The notes: a model not told the origin generated them from the sequence alone. Numbered from the stretch's first letter, positions 28,040 through 39,264 are shown. The stretch: 64,000 nucleotides of DNA from Nitrospiraceae bacterium (GCA_050246315.1 JBFWWG010000004.1:160001-224000); one strand, 5' to 3'. Made by a program: numbers and translations.

Positions 28040-28320
28040 CCTCCATACCGCGCTTCGCTTGAGCCGGCGGCTCTTCGAGCGAAGCCCCTCTTCATTGATG
28101 CCGCTGAAGAAACCCCTTTCGCGAGTCTTCCTTCCTCCGGCCTTCATAGGCCGCCGGAGAGGTCTCGCCGTCGATCCGAGTCCGACACTCCACGCTTCGC
28201 TACAGCCGTCCGCTCCGTGACGAACGACCCTTAGTCGAACCGGCGGTGCGTTCGATCACTCTGGGCAGCCGGAGAACAACGCCTCAAGTGATTCGCCTCT
28301 TCATCGCCTGCTCGCGTCTT
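28040..28320 (-). repeat. Degenerate copy of the intergenic MITE-like element in the flgB-flgC spacer
   Basis: Reverse complement of 28040-28076 matches 61712-61748 at 32/37; 28087-28120 resembles 38532-38566 and 61625-61650. Confidence 0.65.
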
Positions 28321-28347
28321 TTGCGAACCGATCGCTCCTGTGCCGCC

Positions 28348-28755
28348 TCAACGCCCTTCTCGGATTGTCCCGAGCAATTGCCGCAAGCGCGCGCCCATGA
28401 TCGTCGCCGCGGTGTTGTAGTGCATCGCGTTATCCGAAAGCTTGGCCATCTCAAATTCCAGATTCACCGTATTGGCATCGAGTGGCACATCGCCTTCGCC
28501 GGTTTCCACCACTCGACCACCTGTGCGGGCGATTGCGTCGCCGCGGACGCCGAGATGAAGCCCATGCGTGGCAGCCAGGGACACGCCGGATCGATCTTGG
28601 GCCGCCGACAGGAGGGCGTCCTGAAACCGCATGTCCTTCGAACGATAGCCCGGCGTTTCCTCGTTCGCGATGTTGGAGACGATCACCTGATGCCGGGCCG
28701 CCCGCAAATCCAAGGTCCGTTCAATTAACCGCATGGTCTTGTCGAAAATGGTCAT
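28348..28755 (-). CDS. flgB: Rod protein FlgB
   Basis: R..VIVSNIANEETPGY, DANTVNLEFEM. Confidence 0.95.
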   Translation of the reverse strand: MTIFDKTMRLIERTLDLRAARHQVIVSNIANEETPGYRSKDMRFQDALLSAAQDRSGVSLAATHGLHLGVRGDAIARTGGRVVETGEGDVPLDANTVNLEFEMAKLSDNAMHYNTAATIMGARLRQLLGTIREGR

Positions 28756-28789
28756 GGCTCGCCTCGTCGTCTAGTCCACTCATCAACGT

Positions 28790-28805
28790 AGCAAACGTCA
28801 TTCCT
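28790..28805 (-). promoter_or_regulatory. sigma54 promoter of the flgBC-fliE...J operon
   Basis: Minus strand AGGAAT-GACGT-TTGCT (GG-N10-GC), 35 bp upstream of the flgB ATG. Confidence 0.7.
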
Positions 28806-28871
28806 CTGACAAGCACGCGATCCCGCCGTCTGGTGGCCGGTTCTCCGCGGCCATTTGGCAAGTCGGCGGAC

Positions 28872-28931
28872 CGGCAAGCGGTGCCGCGGCAGCTCACCCG
28901 GCAGGTTTTGCCGCGGAGGAATATTTGTCCT
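28872..28931. promoter_or_regulatory. Tandem palindromic enhancer boxes
   Basis: CGGCA-AGCGG-TGCCG (28872), CGGCA-GGTTT-TGCCG (28899), AGGAATATTTGTCCT (28917). Confidence 0.6.
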
Positions 28932-30369
28932 ACCCCCCGCCATATGGCCAGTCGCGCATAGATGGTCTCCCGATCGTGAGCTCCCGATACTCACGCAGCT
29001 TGTTACGCAGCGTCCTGACACTGATCCCCAATTCCTTGGCCGCCTTGGTCCGATTCTGATTCACACGGGCCAACGTGCCGACGATCAGCTCCCGTTCCAT
29101 GTCGCGAAGGGACCCTGTGGAGGGCACCTCTGTCCGACCTATGGGCTGAAGGGCCGTTGCCTGAGCCTGGGTGTCTGGGAGGCTCGGTTCGACCGGGAGG
29201 TGCATCGGATCGATCACTCCATTCCCGGTCAGCAGCACCGCCCGCTCGACTGCATTCTCAAGCTCGCGGATATTGCCTTTCCATGTCCGCTTGGCCAGTT
29301 CCTCCGCCGCCGCTTCGGACAACAACGGCACGGGGACCCCGTTGCGCGCTGCCGCCTGGTGGACAAAATGCCTGGCCAGCACGGCTATGTCGGCACGCCG
29401 TTCCCGCAACGGCGGCAATGTCACGGGAAACACATTCAAACGGTAGTACAGGTCCTCCCGGAACCGTCCCTGCTCGACCTCACGATGCAACGGACGATTC
29501 GTCGTTGCGATGACGCGGATGTTGATCGAGACAGGAGCAATCCCGCCGATACGATCCACCTCCCGTTCCTGCAACACCCGCAACAACTTCGCTTGAAGCG
29601 GTAGGGCCATCTCGCTGATTTCGTCCAACAGGATGGTACCCTGATGAGCCAGCTCGAACTTGCCAAGCTTCCGGACCATCGCCCCAGTAAAGGCGCCCCG
29701 TTCATGGCCGAACAGCTCGCTTTCCAACAACCCGTCCGGCAGCGCGGCGCAGTTCACCGCCACAAATGGCCGCTGCGCCCGAGGGCTGCGGCTGTGGATG
29801 AACCGAGCCAACAATTCCTTACCGGTTCCACTCTCCCCCGCGATGAGAATCGTCGCCTGCGAGAGCGCCACACTCTCCACTTGATTCAATAGTCGACGCA
29901 TCGCCGGATCGTCGGTCAGAATAGGGCGCGCGGGCGTCATCTGGGTGGTGTCCGCCACTGTCATCTCGAGGCCTGCTCCCGGAAGCCCCGACACGACTCG
30001 CTCCAACACGTCCGTCGCAAAGGGCTTCAGCAAGAAATCGCTCGCTCCCAGCTTGATCGCCTCGACTGCCGTTTCCACGGAACCGAAGGCGGTCATCACC
30101 ACGACGTGCGTCTGCGGTGTTCTCCGTTTGATCTCCCGCACCAGGGCAATGCCGCCCAGCCTCGGCATCTTCATATCAGTCAGCACCAACCAGGGCTTGG
30201 CGTCGGCCAACCGGTCCAACGCATCGCGGCCGTCGACGGCTTGGAACACCAAATAGCCTCTCCGTCGCAAAGATTCCGTCAGTGCGGTCCGCATGGCCGG
30301 CTCATCGTCCACAACCAGGACGGTCCGCAGCGGTGCGAGCGCAGTGTCCTCGACCGACCCCGTCAACAT
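28930..30369 (-). CDS. sigma54-dependent response regulator, FlrC/FleR/FlgR-like
   Basis: REC, GESGTGKE, ESELFGHERGAFTGA, LLDE, and a Fis-type HTH ending LGISVRTLRNKL. Confidence 0.92.
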   Translation of the reverse strand: MLTGSVEDTALAPLRTVLVVDDEPAMRTALTESLRRRGYLVFQAVDGRDALDRLADAKPWLVLTDMKMPRLGGIALVREIKRRTPQTHVVVMTAFGSVETAVEAIKLGASDFLLKPFATDVLERVVSGLPGAGLEMTVADTTQMTPARPILTDDPAMRRLLNQVESVALSQATILIAGESGTGKELLARFIHSRSPRAQRPFVAVNCAALPDGLLESELFGHERGAFTGAMVRKLGKFELAHQGTILLDEISEMALPLQAKLLRVLQEREVDRIGGIAPVSINIRVIATTNRPLHREVEQGRFREDLYYRLNVFPVTLPPLRERRADIAVLARHFVHQAAARNGVPVPLLSEAAAEELAKRTWKGNIRELENAVERAVLLTGNGVIDPMHLPVEPSLPDTQAQATALQPIGRTEVPSTGSLRDMERELIVGTLARVNQNRTKAAKELGISVRTLRNKLREYRELTIGRPSMRDWPYGGG

Positions 30370-31649
30370 GTGCGCGACTCCTGCCGTTCGTCGACTTGTC
30401 TCATCCTGCGACGAGCCTGCACACTCAGCGCCCGATTGTCCTGCGGCAGCACGACCGTCACAACCGTCCCCCGATTCAATTCGCTCTCGACATCCACTCG
30501 TCCCTCATGCCCCTCCACCAGGGCATGCACGATGGCCAGTCCCAGACCGGTGCCATCCTCGCGGGTCGTGAAGAACGGATCAAACATCCGAGACAGGTGC
30601 GCGGGCTCGATGCCTGTCCCCGTGTCCCTGACCGCAAGGTGAACCACCGGCTGATCCTGCAATGAACGGCGCTGCTCGCTCGCCGCGATTGTCACACGCC
30701 CGCCATCGGGCATCGCCTCCACGGCGTTCAGAATCAGATTCACGAGCACCTGACGCATCTGCATCCCGTCACACCACAGATTCGGCGGCGCCTTGTCCAG
30801 ATCGACCTCCATCGTCACGCGAGACCGGTTGAGGGCATGCGCCGCCAATGTCAGCGAATCGCTCACAAGCCCGTCGACTGCATGCCATGCCTTCTTCGGC
30901 TTCGCCGGTCTGGTATAGGTCAAGAGATTGGACAGCAATCGATCCATCGCTTGCACCGCGAGAGAGATATGCTCCGTGTAGGAGCGCAAGGTTGGGTCCT
31001 GCTCCAAATCCTGCCGCAACATCGATGCAAACAACTCGACGCTTCCCAGCGGGTTGCGAATCTCATGCGCGATGCGTCCGACCATCTCTCCCATTGATGC
31101 CAGACGATCCCGTCGGTGCAGCCGTTCCTCCAGCCGATGCAGGTCCGTGATATCGTGCAACAGAATCACCGTCCCCACCGCCTGTCCTCCGTCCCGATGG
31201 GCCAAGGTCCGCGACATCGTAATCAACGCCCCCGTCTTCGTGACCAAGGGGTAGTGCGTCGGACACGGCCAGGGCGGCTGATGCACCTCAAGCCCCTGCT
31301 CCTTCAGGAACGACTGTAATTCATGCCCGAGAATATTCTCCGTCCCGATACCCAACAACAGAGCAGTCGCCCGATTACAACGATGAATTCTTCCCTGCTG
31401 ATCTGCGACCAGCACGCCGGTGGACAACGACTCCAGGATGGCCTGGAGTTCGCTGCATACGGCTTCGTTCTTGAGCAGGTTGAGACGGAGCGCCTCGTTT
31501 CGGTCGGCCAGTTCAAGATCCAATTGCTCGACCTTGACCTGGAGCGCCCGATAGGACTGTTCCAGCGCCGCGGTGGCCGCTCCGAAACTACGGAACGCCT
31601 CTCGAAGCAGCTCAGCTCCGACCGGCTCTGTCGAGACCGCCTGATCCAT
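30363..31649 (-). CDS. Cytoplasmic PAS histidine kinase, FlrB/FleS/FlgS-like
   Basis: Coiled coil, PAS, AHEIRNPL H-box, NLILNA, DTGTG, FDPFFTT, GTGLGL. Confidence 0.92.
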   Translation of the reverse strand: MDQAVSTEPVGAELLREAFRSFGAATAALEQSYRALQVKVEQLDLELADRNEALRLNLLKNEAVCSELQAILESLSTGVLVADQQGRIHRCNRATALLLGIGTENILGHELQSFLKEQGLEVHQPPWPCPTHYPLVTKTGALITMSRTLAHRDGGQAVGTVILLHDITDLHRLEERLHRRDRLASMGEMVGRIAHEIRNPLGSVELFASMLRQDLEQDPTLRSYTEHISLAVQAMDRLLSNLLTYTRPAKPKKAWHAVDGLVSDSLTLAAHALNRSRVTMEVDLDKAPPNLWCDGMQMRQVLVNLILNAVEAMPDGGRVTIAASEQRRSLQDQPVVHLAVRDTGTGIEPAHLSRMFDPFFTTREDGTGLGLAIVHALVEGHEGRVDVESELNRGTVVTVVLPQDNRALSVQARRRMRQVDERQESRTC

Positions 31650-33831
31650 GATGCGTCCCCCTTTCTCGCGCCTGTTCCGTTCGAACAGTGGAGGTAATCA
31701 GCGCCATCGCCCGCCTGAGGACCTCGGTTCTGGCCGTGGCCCTGCCCTTGTCCGCGACCAAGACCGCCTCGTCGTACTGCCCTTGTGTCAACCACAATCT
31801 GGACAGCCGGAATCGAGCGTGCTCGGCCTCATTGGACGAAGGAGCGAGGCGAATCACATCTCCATAGCGCGCCGCTGCAGCCGCAGTCCGCCCGGCTTGC
31901 GCCAGGACATCCGCAAACCGCAGGATCGCGGGCACATCGGTGATCGCGCCCACCCGCTCCGCCAGATCAAAGGTCGCCGCCGCCTCAGCATGGGCTCCCA
32001 GCGAGGCCTGCGCCTCGGCCAATTGGAGCAGCATCTCATTGTACTGGGCGTCTTGCGTCGGCTGAGCGTCGTGCAGCTTGAGCCAGCGTCGACAAACCTT
32101 CACGACGCTGCGCGCATCACCCAATCGATTCCAGACATCGGCCAAGTAGTGCAAGGCTTCCATTCGATAAGGCCCCAACGGATTCTCCAGTTGGTACCGT
32201 TCAAAAACTCGTCGGGCGGCCTCCGGATCATCCTGATCGAGATAGGCGCGCCCAAGACCAATGAGGGCCTCTTGTCGCCAACGCGAACCAAGCTGTCGAT
32301 GGAGCACTTGTTGGTAGAGTTCCACCGCTCCTGCGCTGAAACCCAGACGCCGATGAGCATCCGCGCCGCGAATTACAAACTCCTCTTCCATGGCCAGGTG
32401 CTCAACACAGACATCCGAACGATGGAACGCTAGCACCACCCGCCAGTCGTCCGCCGATCGCAAGGCCGCTTCCAGAGCCGGCTTGGCTAAATCCGCAAGC
32501 CGCCGGCGCGCGACGGCCGGCCAGGGATCGCCGGATACGACGCCGTCACGCCGACAGGCGGACAGGAAATGGTGAATGGCTTCCTGTTCCTTGCCTGCCT
32601 CCTGGAACTGCTCCCCCAGTCGAACCAGCGCTTCGCTCGCGAGCGCATCAAACGCCTGTTCCTGGGAAACGGCCCGCAAGACTCGAACCCGTTGTTCGAA
32701 CGCCACGGGTAGCGGCGGTTGAACGTCGAAACTCATCTGCACCTCTAATGCGATTCGACGCTCGCCCGCCTGCTTGGCCAGATCCTGGCCGACCTCGGTC
32801 AGGCGCAGCCGTGCCCGACCCGCCTCCAGACTGTTCGGGAATCGGACGATCACCGTCCGATACAGCGTTTGGCTCGCTGCGATCTGACCGTCCTCGTCCA
32901 GGCTCTCTCCCCACGCCAACAGAGCGCGCGACGCCCGTTCATCGCGAGGATACAAATTGACAAATATGGACCAGAGTTGCCGTGCAGCTTTTCCCCGACC
33001 GTATTTATTTTCGATCTCGGCAAGTTCCAGCAGGCAGGATGGACAAGCACGGAAGGCCATCGGCCACCGCCGCATGACGGACTCAGCCAGCGCCGCCGCC
33101 TCCTCCCAACGGCCCTCGCCGTAGTGTGCCGCTGCCTCGCCGAGCGTCGCCCACTGCACGAGTGTTTCCTGCTCGGTACCGGTGCGAACCTGGTGAAACG
33201 CATGACGAGCTTGTTTCCATTCCTGCGCCGCCAACCATGTCATCCCCAATCCCAAGAAGGCCCGCGCCGCATCCCTGGCATTCGTCGATTCCGCCACCGC
33301 GCGCTGGTAGGCCGCTTGCGATTCGGCTGTCCATCCCAGGTCTCGGTAAAGATCGCCGATCCGCCAACGAGCCCGCTGAGCATTGGCCGATCCCGGAAAG
33401 TCGCGTATTAATTCGACGTAGTCTTGAACGACATCCAAGCGCCGCTGGGTCGTCTGCTCCCGATGAGCGGAAATCTCCGCAAGAAACGCACGCACCATCG
33501 GGACGACTACTGAGCCAGGAAACTGCTCCGCCGTTCGCCGGAAGTGCTGCTCCGCTGCATCCCATTCAGCATGGTCATAGAACACCATCGCATGGGCCAA
33601 CTGTAGCTCGGCAGCCTCCGTCAGTTGGGGTTCCGTGCGCGGTCCAGGATCAGGAAGGTCGGACCAGGCCAACGTCGCGCCCTGCCCAACAGTCGAACGT
33701 GACACGGAAGAAACCGGTTGAGCCAGACCGTCCGGCTCTGCCGCCGAGACTGAGCGTAGTATGGTCTGAGAGAACGGCACGGCCGTGATCAGGAGGACCG
33801 AGAGGGAGACGATGGTCGGTGGCATCCGCAT
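31612..33831 (-). CDS. Large TPR-repeat protein with a predicted signal peptide
   Basis: Repeated helical TPR units with FP.S-type turns; hydrophobic N-terminus; first gene of the flrBC-like operon. Confidence 0.85.
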   Translation of the reverse strand: MRMPPTIVSLSVLLITAVPFSQTILRSVSAAEPDGLAQPVSSVSRSTVGQGATLAWSDLPDPGPRTEPQLTEAAELQLAHAMVFYDHAEWDAAEQHFRRTAEQFPGSVVVPMVRAFLAEISAHREQTTQRRLDVVQDYVELIRDFPGSANAQRARWRIGDLYRDLGWTAESQAAYQRAVAESTNARDAARAFLGLGMTWLAAQEWKQARHAFHQVRTGTEQETLVQWATLGEAAAHYGEGRWEEAAALAESVMRRWPMAFRACPSCLLELAEIENKYGRGKAARQLWSIFVNLYPRDERASRALLAWGESLDEDGQIAASQTLYRTVIVRFPNSLEAGRARLRLTEVGQDLAKQAGERRIALEVQMSFDVQPPLPVAFEQRVRVLRAVSQEQAFDALASEALVRLGEQFQEAGKEQEAIHHFLSACRRDGVVSGDPWPAVARRRLADLAKPALEAALRSADDWRVVLAFHRSDVCVEHLAMEEEFVIRGADAHRRLGFSAGAVELYQQVLHRQLGSRWRQEALIGLGRAYLDQDDPEAARRVFERYQLENPLGPYRMEALHYLADVWNRLGDARSVVKVCRRWLKLHDAQPTQDAQYNEMLLQLAEAQASLGAHAEAAATFDLAERVGAITDVPAILRFADVLAQAGRTAAAAARYGDVIRLAPSSNEAEHARFRLSRLWLTQGQYDEAVLVADKGRATARTEVLRRAMALITSTVRTEQARERGTHHGSGGLDRAGRS

Positions 33832-33846
33832 CAGCAAGACCACCCC

Positions 33847-33862
33847 AGCAACTTCTGTGCCC
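33847..33862 (-). promoter_or_regulatory. sigma54 promoter of the TPR-flrBC-like operon
   Basis: Minus strand GGGCAC-AGAAG-TTGCT; GTCA-N6-(T/A)GAC boxes at 33903-33918 and 33935-33950. Confidence 0.75.
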
Positions 33863-33941
33863 CATCACAATCGACGCGATGGCGTAGGAAATCTCGCTGT
33901 CCCGTCAGAATGCAGACACGTGAATGAGCAGGCCGGTCAAA

Positions 33942-35393
<1,452 letters not shown>

Positions 35394-35656
35394 AAGACTC
35401 CCTTGTCAGCCGGTAGGGTATTGCAGCTTTGCACACTCCACCCCTGGGCGCGCGGGGCGCCTGTCAGAGAGCCGCGGCTCACAAGGGGTGCGTCGTCGCT
35501 GAAGCGAAAGCGTGAATCAACGGACAAGAACAAGCATAGACGAGGGAGGATGGTTGAGTAGAACCGTTTGATCGGTGCTTGAGTGGAAATATGACTCTAT
35601 TAAGATGGAATTATTTCCGCACTTTATAGATCTATTATTACCCATTTAGTAGGGCC

Positions 35657-37615
35657 TTATGGGCCGATTCCGGCGGCCTGAACAGACAGATTTGGCGGCA
35701 TCCCCTTCGGTTGATCCAACACTTTTCGAACCCGGTTCGCCAGGGCATGCGGGGTAAAAGGTTTTTGCAAAAATTCGACGCGCGCGGCGACCACTCCGTG
35801 TTTAAGAATCTCGTCATCGGTGTAGCCGGACATGAACATGACCCTAAGTTCGGGGGACTGGCCGAGCAAATGTTCCGCCAGTTCACGGCCTCCCATCTGC
35901 GGCATCACGATGTCCGTGACGAGCAGGTCGATGGTGTCCCGATACTGACTGACGAGCAAGAGTGCCTCCATTCCATCGTTGGCCTCCAGGACCCGATACC
36001 CTCGCGATCGAAGCGTATCACGCACCAAGGCACGGACGGCGGGTTCGTCTTCCACCACAAGAATGCTCTCGGTCCCCCGTTGTTTGGCCACATCCTGATC
36101 TTCGGAATGCTCCAACGTCACCGCCCCCTCGATCCGCGGGAAGTACATGGTGAAGGTCGTCCCCCGCCCCCGTTCACTGGTCACGGTAACCAACCCGCCG
36201 CTTTGCTTGACAACCCCGTACACCGTAGAGAGCCCCAGCCCTGTTCCCTTGCCCTTCGGCTTGGTCGTAAAGAACGGCTCGAAGATGTGTGAGAGGACAG
36301 CAGGATCGATTCCGGTCCCGGTATCCGCCACAACGACCTGTACGTACCGGCCGGGAGCAGCATCGAGTTGCCGCTCGCCGAGTTCCTGCGGTCCCAAATC
36401 GATGTTGCCCGGCTCAATTATGATCCGGCCGCCTTCCGGCATGGCATCGCGCGCATTCACGGCCAGATTCAAGATCACCTGTTCAAGTTGGCCTGGATCG
36501 ACCCGAATCGTCCCGAGGTCGAGACAGGGCCGAACAAGCAGTTCGATGTTGTCCCCGGCCAGCGTGCGCAACATCTGTATCATGCCCTGCAGAACCGTGT
36601 TCACATCGATGACCTTCGGTTGCAGAACCTGGCGTCGGCTGAACGCGAGCAGTTGGGACGTCAGACCCGCCGCGCGTTCGCCGGCTTTCAGGATCTGATC
36701 GACACTCTGGCGTTGATCCTCCGTCAAGGTGTCGTCTTCGGCCAAGAGACATCCGTGACCGTTGATGACCGTCAACATGTTGTTGAAATCATGCGCGATG
36801 CCGCCAGCCAGCTTGCCGACCGCCTCCATCTTCTGAGATTGCCGGACCTGCTCTTCCAGTTGCTGCTGCTTGCTGAGATTGTGAAGGAGCACTTGCACAA
36901 CCTCGTTGCCCGCGCCATCCGCGGGGGCGGCCCGCAACTCCACATCCACTCCTTTGCCGTCCAGGCGCAGGCACTTGACGATCGTTCCGGCGACCGCCCC
37001 GGTTCGTTCCAAGCTGCCACGGATATGTTCGAGCTTGCTCCGGTCGTAGTCGGGATGAACAAAATCCCAGAGGGATCGTCCGGTAAGCTTCTCGGCGCTC
37101 GCCGCGCCGAATAGATTGGCGGCCTCGCGATTGGCGGAGACGACACGTCCTTTCTTCACCAGCACGATGGCCTCGGGAAACAGCTCAAGCAGACGCCGGT
37201 ACCATTCGTATCCCTGGCGGCAGACTTCAACCTGGTCCCGACACGGATGGTAATCGGCGATCAGGCCTCCCATCAGCGGCAGCGCTGTGGAATGACGGAC
37301 AGGGAAGGTCATGACGGCCGGAGCCAGCTCGGTGCCGTCGGGAAGGCATTGGGCTTCGATCATTCCTTCCTGACAATCGCCCTCGGCCATCCGTGCGGCC
37401 AGTGCCCGCATGTGCTCCCACCAGGCCTGGAGCTGAGGAGTCGGTTCCGTTGTTCCATCACTATTGACCGCGCCAGCGACCCGTCCGTATTTCAGCAGGA
37501 AGCCATGGTTGGCGTAAATCAGATTCCCGTCTCCGGACAGGACGAATAGCTTGGCCGGGTGCCGATCCAGTAGCACCGTGGCCAATTCCCGATGGTTGAA
37601 TCCAAGCAAGGACAT
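35657..37615 (-). CDS. PAS-domain hybrid histidine kinase (PAS-PAS-HisKA-HATPase-REC)
   Basis: GGIAHDFNNML, NLAVNARDAM, FEPFFTTK, GTGLGL; C-terminal REC LVTDIVMP...KPF. Confidence 0.93.
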   Translation of the reverse strand: MSLLGFNHRELATVLLDRHPAKLFVLSGDGNLIYANHGFLLKYGRVAGAVNSDGTTEPTPQLQAWWEHMRALAARMAEGDCQEGMIEAQCLPDGTELAPAVMTFPVRHSTALPLMGGLIADYHPCRDQVEVCRQGYEWYRRLLELFPEAIVLVKKGRVVSANREAANLFGAASAEKLTGRSLWDFVHPDYDRSKLEHIRGSLERTGAVAGTIVKCLRLDGKGVDVELRAAPADGAGNEVVQVLLHNLSKQQQLEEQVRQSQKMEAVGKLAGGIAHDFNNMLTVINGHGCLLAEDDTLTEDQRQSVDQILKAGERAAGLTSQLLAFSRRQVLQPKVIDVNTVLQGMIQMLRTLAGDNIELLVRPCLDLGTIRVDPGQLEQVILNLAVNARDAMPEGGRIIIEPGNIDLGPQELGERQLDAAPGRYVQVVVADTGTGIDPAVLSHIFEPFFTTKPKGKGTGLGLSTVYGVVKQSGGLVTVTSERGRGTTFTMYFPRIEGAVTLEHSEDQDVAKQRGTESILVVEDEPAVRALVRDTLRSRGYRVLEANDGMEALLLVSQYRDTIDLLVTDIVMPQMGGRELAEHLLGQSPELRVMFMSGYTDDEILKHGVVAARVEFLQKPFTPHALANRVRKVLDQPKGMPPNLSVQAAGIGP

Positions 37616-37790
37616 CGTCCGTGCAGCCCGGGTCAGAATCGGCTCAGAGCAAGACGCCGTGAGGTTTCACTCGGCGGAGGTCCAGGCGGTGCAAGCGCAG
37701 CCTGTGTCGGTTCGCGAATCCAAAGCACAATCGTTACGAGTGTGCCGCAGGAGAGAGGAGACCGTGAGCCGGCCCGCCTGCGGACTCTGT

Positions 37791-38171
37791 TCATACCGTT
37801 CGAGCTGACTTGCCCTGAGCCAAGGCGCGAGCCAGCGCATCCCCAAGCCGATGGAGTGAGAATTCTTTCGGTAAGAAATCGACGACGCCCAATTCCCGGG
37901 CCTCATCCTGAGCAGTTTCCGTTCCACCGCCGGTGAGGATGATCACTGGGGCCGCTGGATTTACCTGCCGGATCTGCTTGAGCATGGAAATTCCGTCCAT
38001 ATCCGGAAGATTGAGGTCTAGGATGGTCACCTGTGGTGATTCTTGAACGAACGACTCGATACCACGCTGCGCGGCCGTGGCTACCAGCACTTGATGCCCT
38101 TTGCGTTTCAACACCGTCTTCAAAAGCTCGAGAACAAACGGTTCATCGTCAACGACAAGGACTTTGGCCAT
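37791..38171 (-). CDS. Single-domain response regulator (CheY-like)
   Basis: MAKVLVVDDE, ILDLNLP, ILTG, LPKEF; 126 aa. Confidence 0.9.
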   Translation of the reverse strand: MAKVLVVDDEPFVLELLKTVLKRKGHQVLVATAAQRGIESFVQESPQVTILDLNLPDMDGISMLKQIRQVNPAAPVIILTGGGTETAQDEARELGVVDFLPKEFSLHRLGDALARALAQGKSARTV

Positions 38172-38190
38172 ACTGATACCCCCTGAGGCT

Positions 38191-38218
38191 ACATCGGCAT
38201 TCATTTCACGGATCTTTA
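38191..38218 (-). promoter_or_regulatory. sigma28 (FliA)-like promoter
   Basis: Minus strand TAAAG-N15-GCCGATGT, 20 bp upstream of ATG 38171. Confidence 0.65.
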
Positions 38219-38436
38219 GCGCACTGTTTCCGAGGGCTCCGATCGGGCGGATCGACCGTTACCTCAGCTCAAACCTACCGAATCGGAAAGGCTATGACAC
38301 CTGGAGGGTCGTGACGAATGGCGAGGTTCCGCACGGCAGATTGAAGGCAGGGCGACTGAGTTGGCCGATTCCGGCGCCGGGACGACCGAGATCGTTCCGT
38401 CATTGCTGACATTCTCCTGTCACGAGAACGCGGGAT

Positions 38437-38677
38437 CTAACAGGATGCTGAAAAAGGTCGCCAGCTTGGTTGGAGCACCCATGGCTGTACTTTCAGGATG
38501 CAATGGGTCTGACGCGAAGCGGCACGACCCTGAAGAGTGTTCTCCAGCGGCATCAATAGAAAGAGGCTTTACCCGATAAACGGTTTTTCCCCCATCCGAC
38601 GCAGGGTGTTGAGATCGTCCGTGATCCCTCGCTGTGCCGACATGCACGGGTACTCGAAGGGTTTTCAACAGCCTCCT
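38437..38677 (+). mobile_element. MITE-like non-coding element, copy A
   Basis: Ends CAGGATGCTGAAAA ... TTTTCAACAGCCT form an imperfect inverted repeat; 38441-38551 matches 61534-61644 at 84/111 ungapped (counted by hand). Confidence 0.7.
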
Positions 38678-38751
38678 CAGAACGGAAATCGTCAAGGCAT
38701 TCGAAGGACATACGTGGATGAAAATCGAGAGCAGAGGGGAAGGACTTGAGA

Positions 38752-38787
38752 CAAAACGGGCGGCATGGGAATCTCCATGCCGCCCGT
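38752..38787 (-). terminator. Rho-independent terminator of the cytochrome c gene
   Basis: 13-bp stem ACGGGCGGCATGG/CCATGCCGCCCGT followed by a T run on the minus strand. Confidence 0.8.
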
Positions 38788-38817
38788 CTGAGTGACCGAT
38801 CTATGTACCCTAAGAGA

Positions 38818-39264
38818 TTACTCTTTACAGAAGCTCCGCTCGTAGTTGATGATCGTCCAGGCCTCTTCCTCGGTGATCGCGGCCGGAACCAGGGATACCA
38901 TGCCGGTCCCTGCGCTGCCGTTCTTGATGACCCAGAACAATTCGCCGTCTTTCCGCTTCTTGTGGAACTTGCAGTTCGTGAAGTCGCGCGGGCTGGGGTT
39001 CAGAATCGCACCGGCCGGTCCGTCGCCCTTGCCCCCTTTCCCATGACAATTCACGCAGGTACCCTTCCCCTCAAACAGCGCCTTGCCTTTGGCAATGTTC
39101 TCCGGGGTGGCCTCTACGGGATTCTTCATTTGCTTGGCCTCGGCCATTTGATCCGCCGGAACGCGAGGCTTCAAGGGATCCTTTTCTTCCGCCACGGACG
39201 CTGTGGCGGACACGAACATACCAACCGCGACTAACACCAGAACCCTAGCAAGGTACCCCATCAC
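38818..39264 (-). CDS. Periplasmic monoheme cytochrome c
   Basis: Signal peptide, CVNCH heme motif, distal GTGM; AAGGAGGAG RBS. Confidence 0.93.
   Translation of the reverse strand: MMGYLARVLVLVAVGMFVSATASVAEEKDPLKPRVPADQMAEAKQMKNPVEATPENIAKGKALFEGKGTCVNCHGKGGKGDGPAGAILNPSPRDFTNCKFHKKRKDGELFWVIKNGSAGTGMVSLVPAAITEEEAWTIINYERSFCKE

Noticed and set aside
35394..35580. c-di-GMP riboswitch upstream of the flagellar master regulator
   Set aside because: I could not find the GEMM-type conserved elements by eye; an Rfam/Infernal scan would be decisive.
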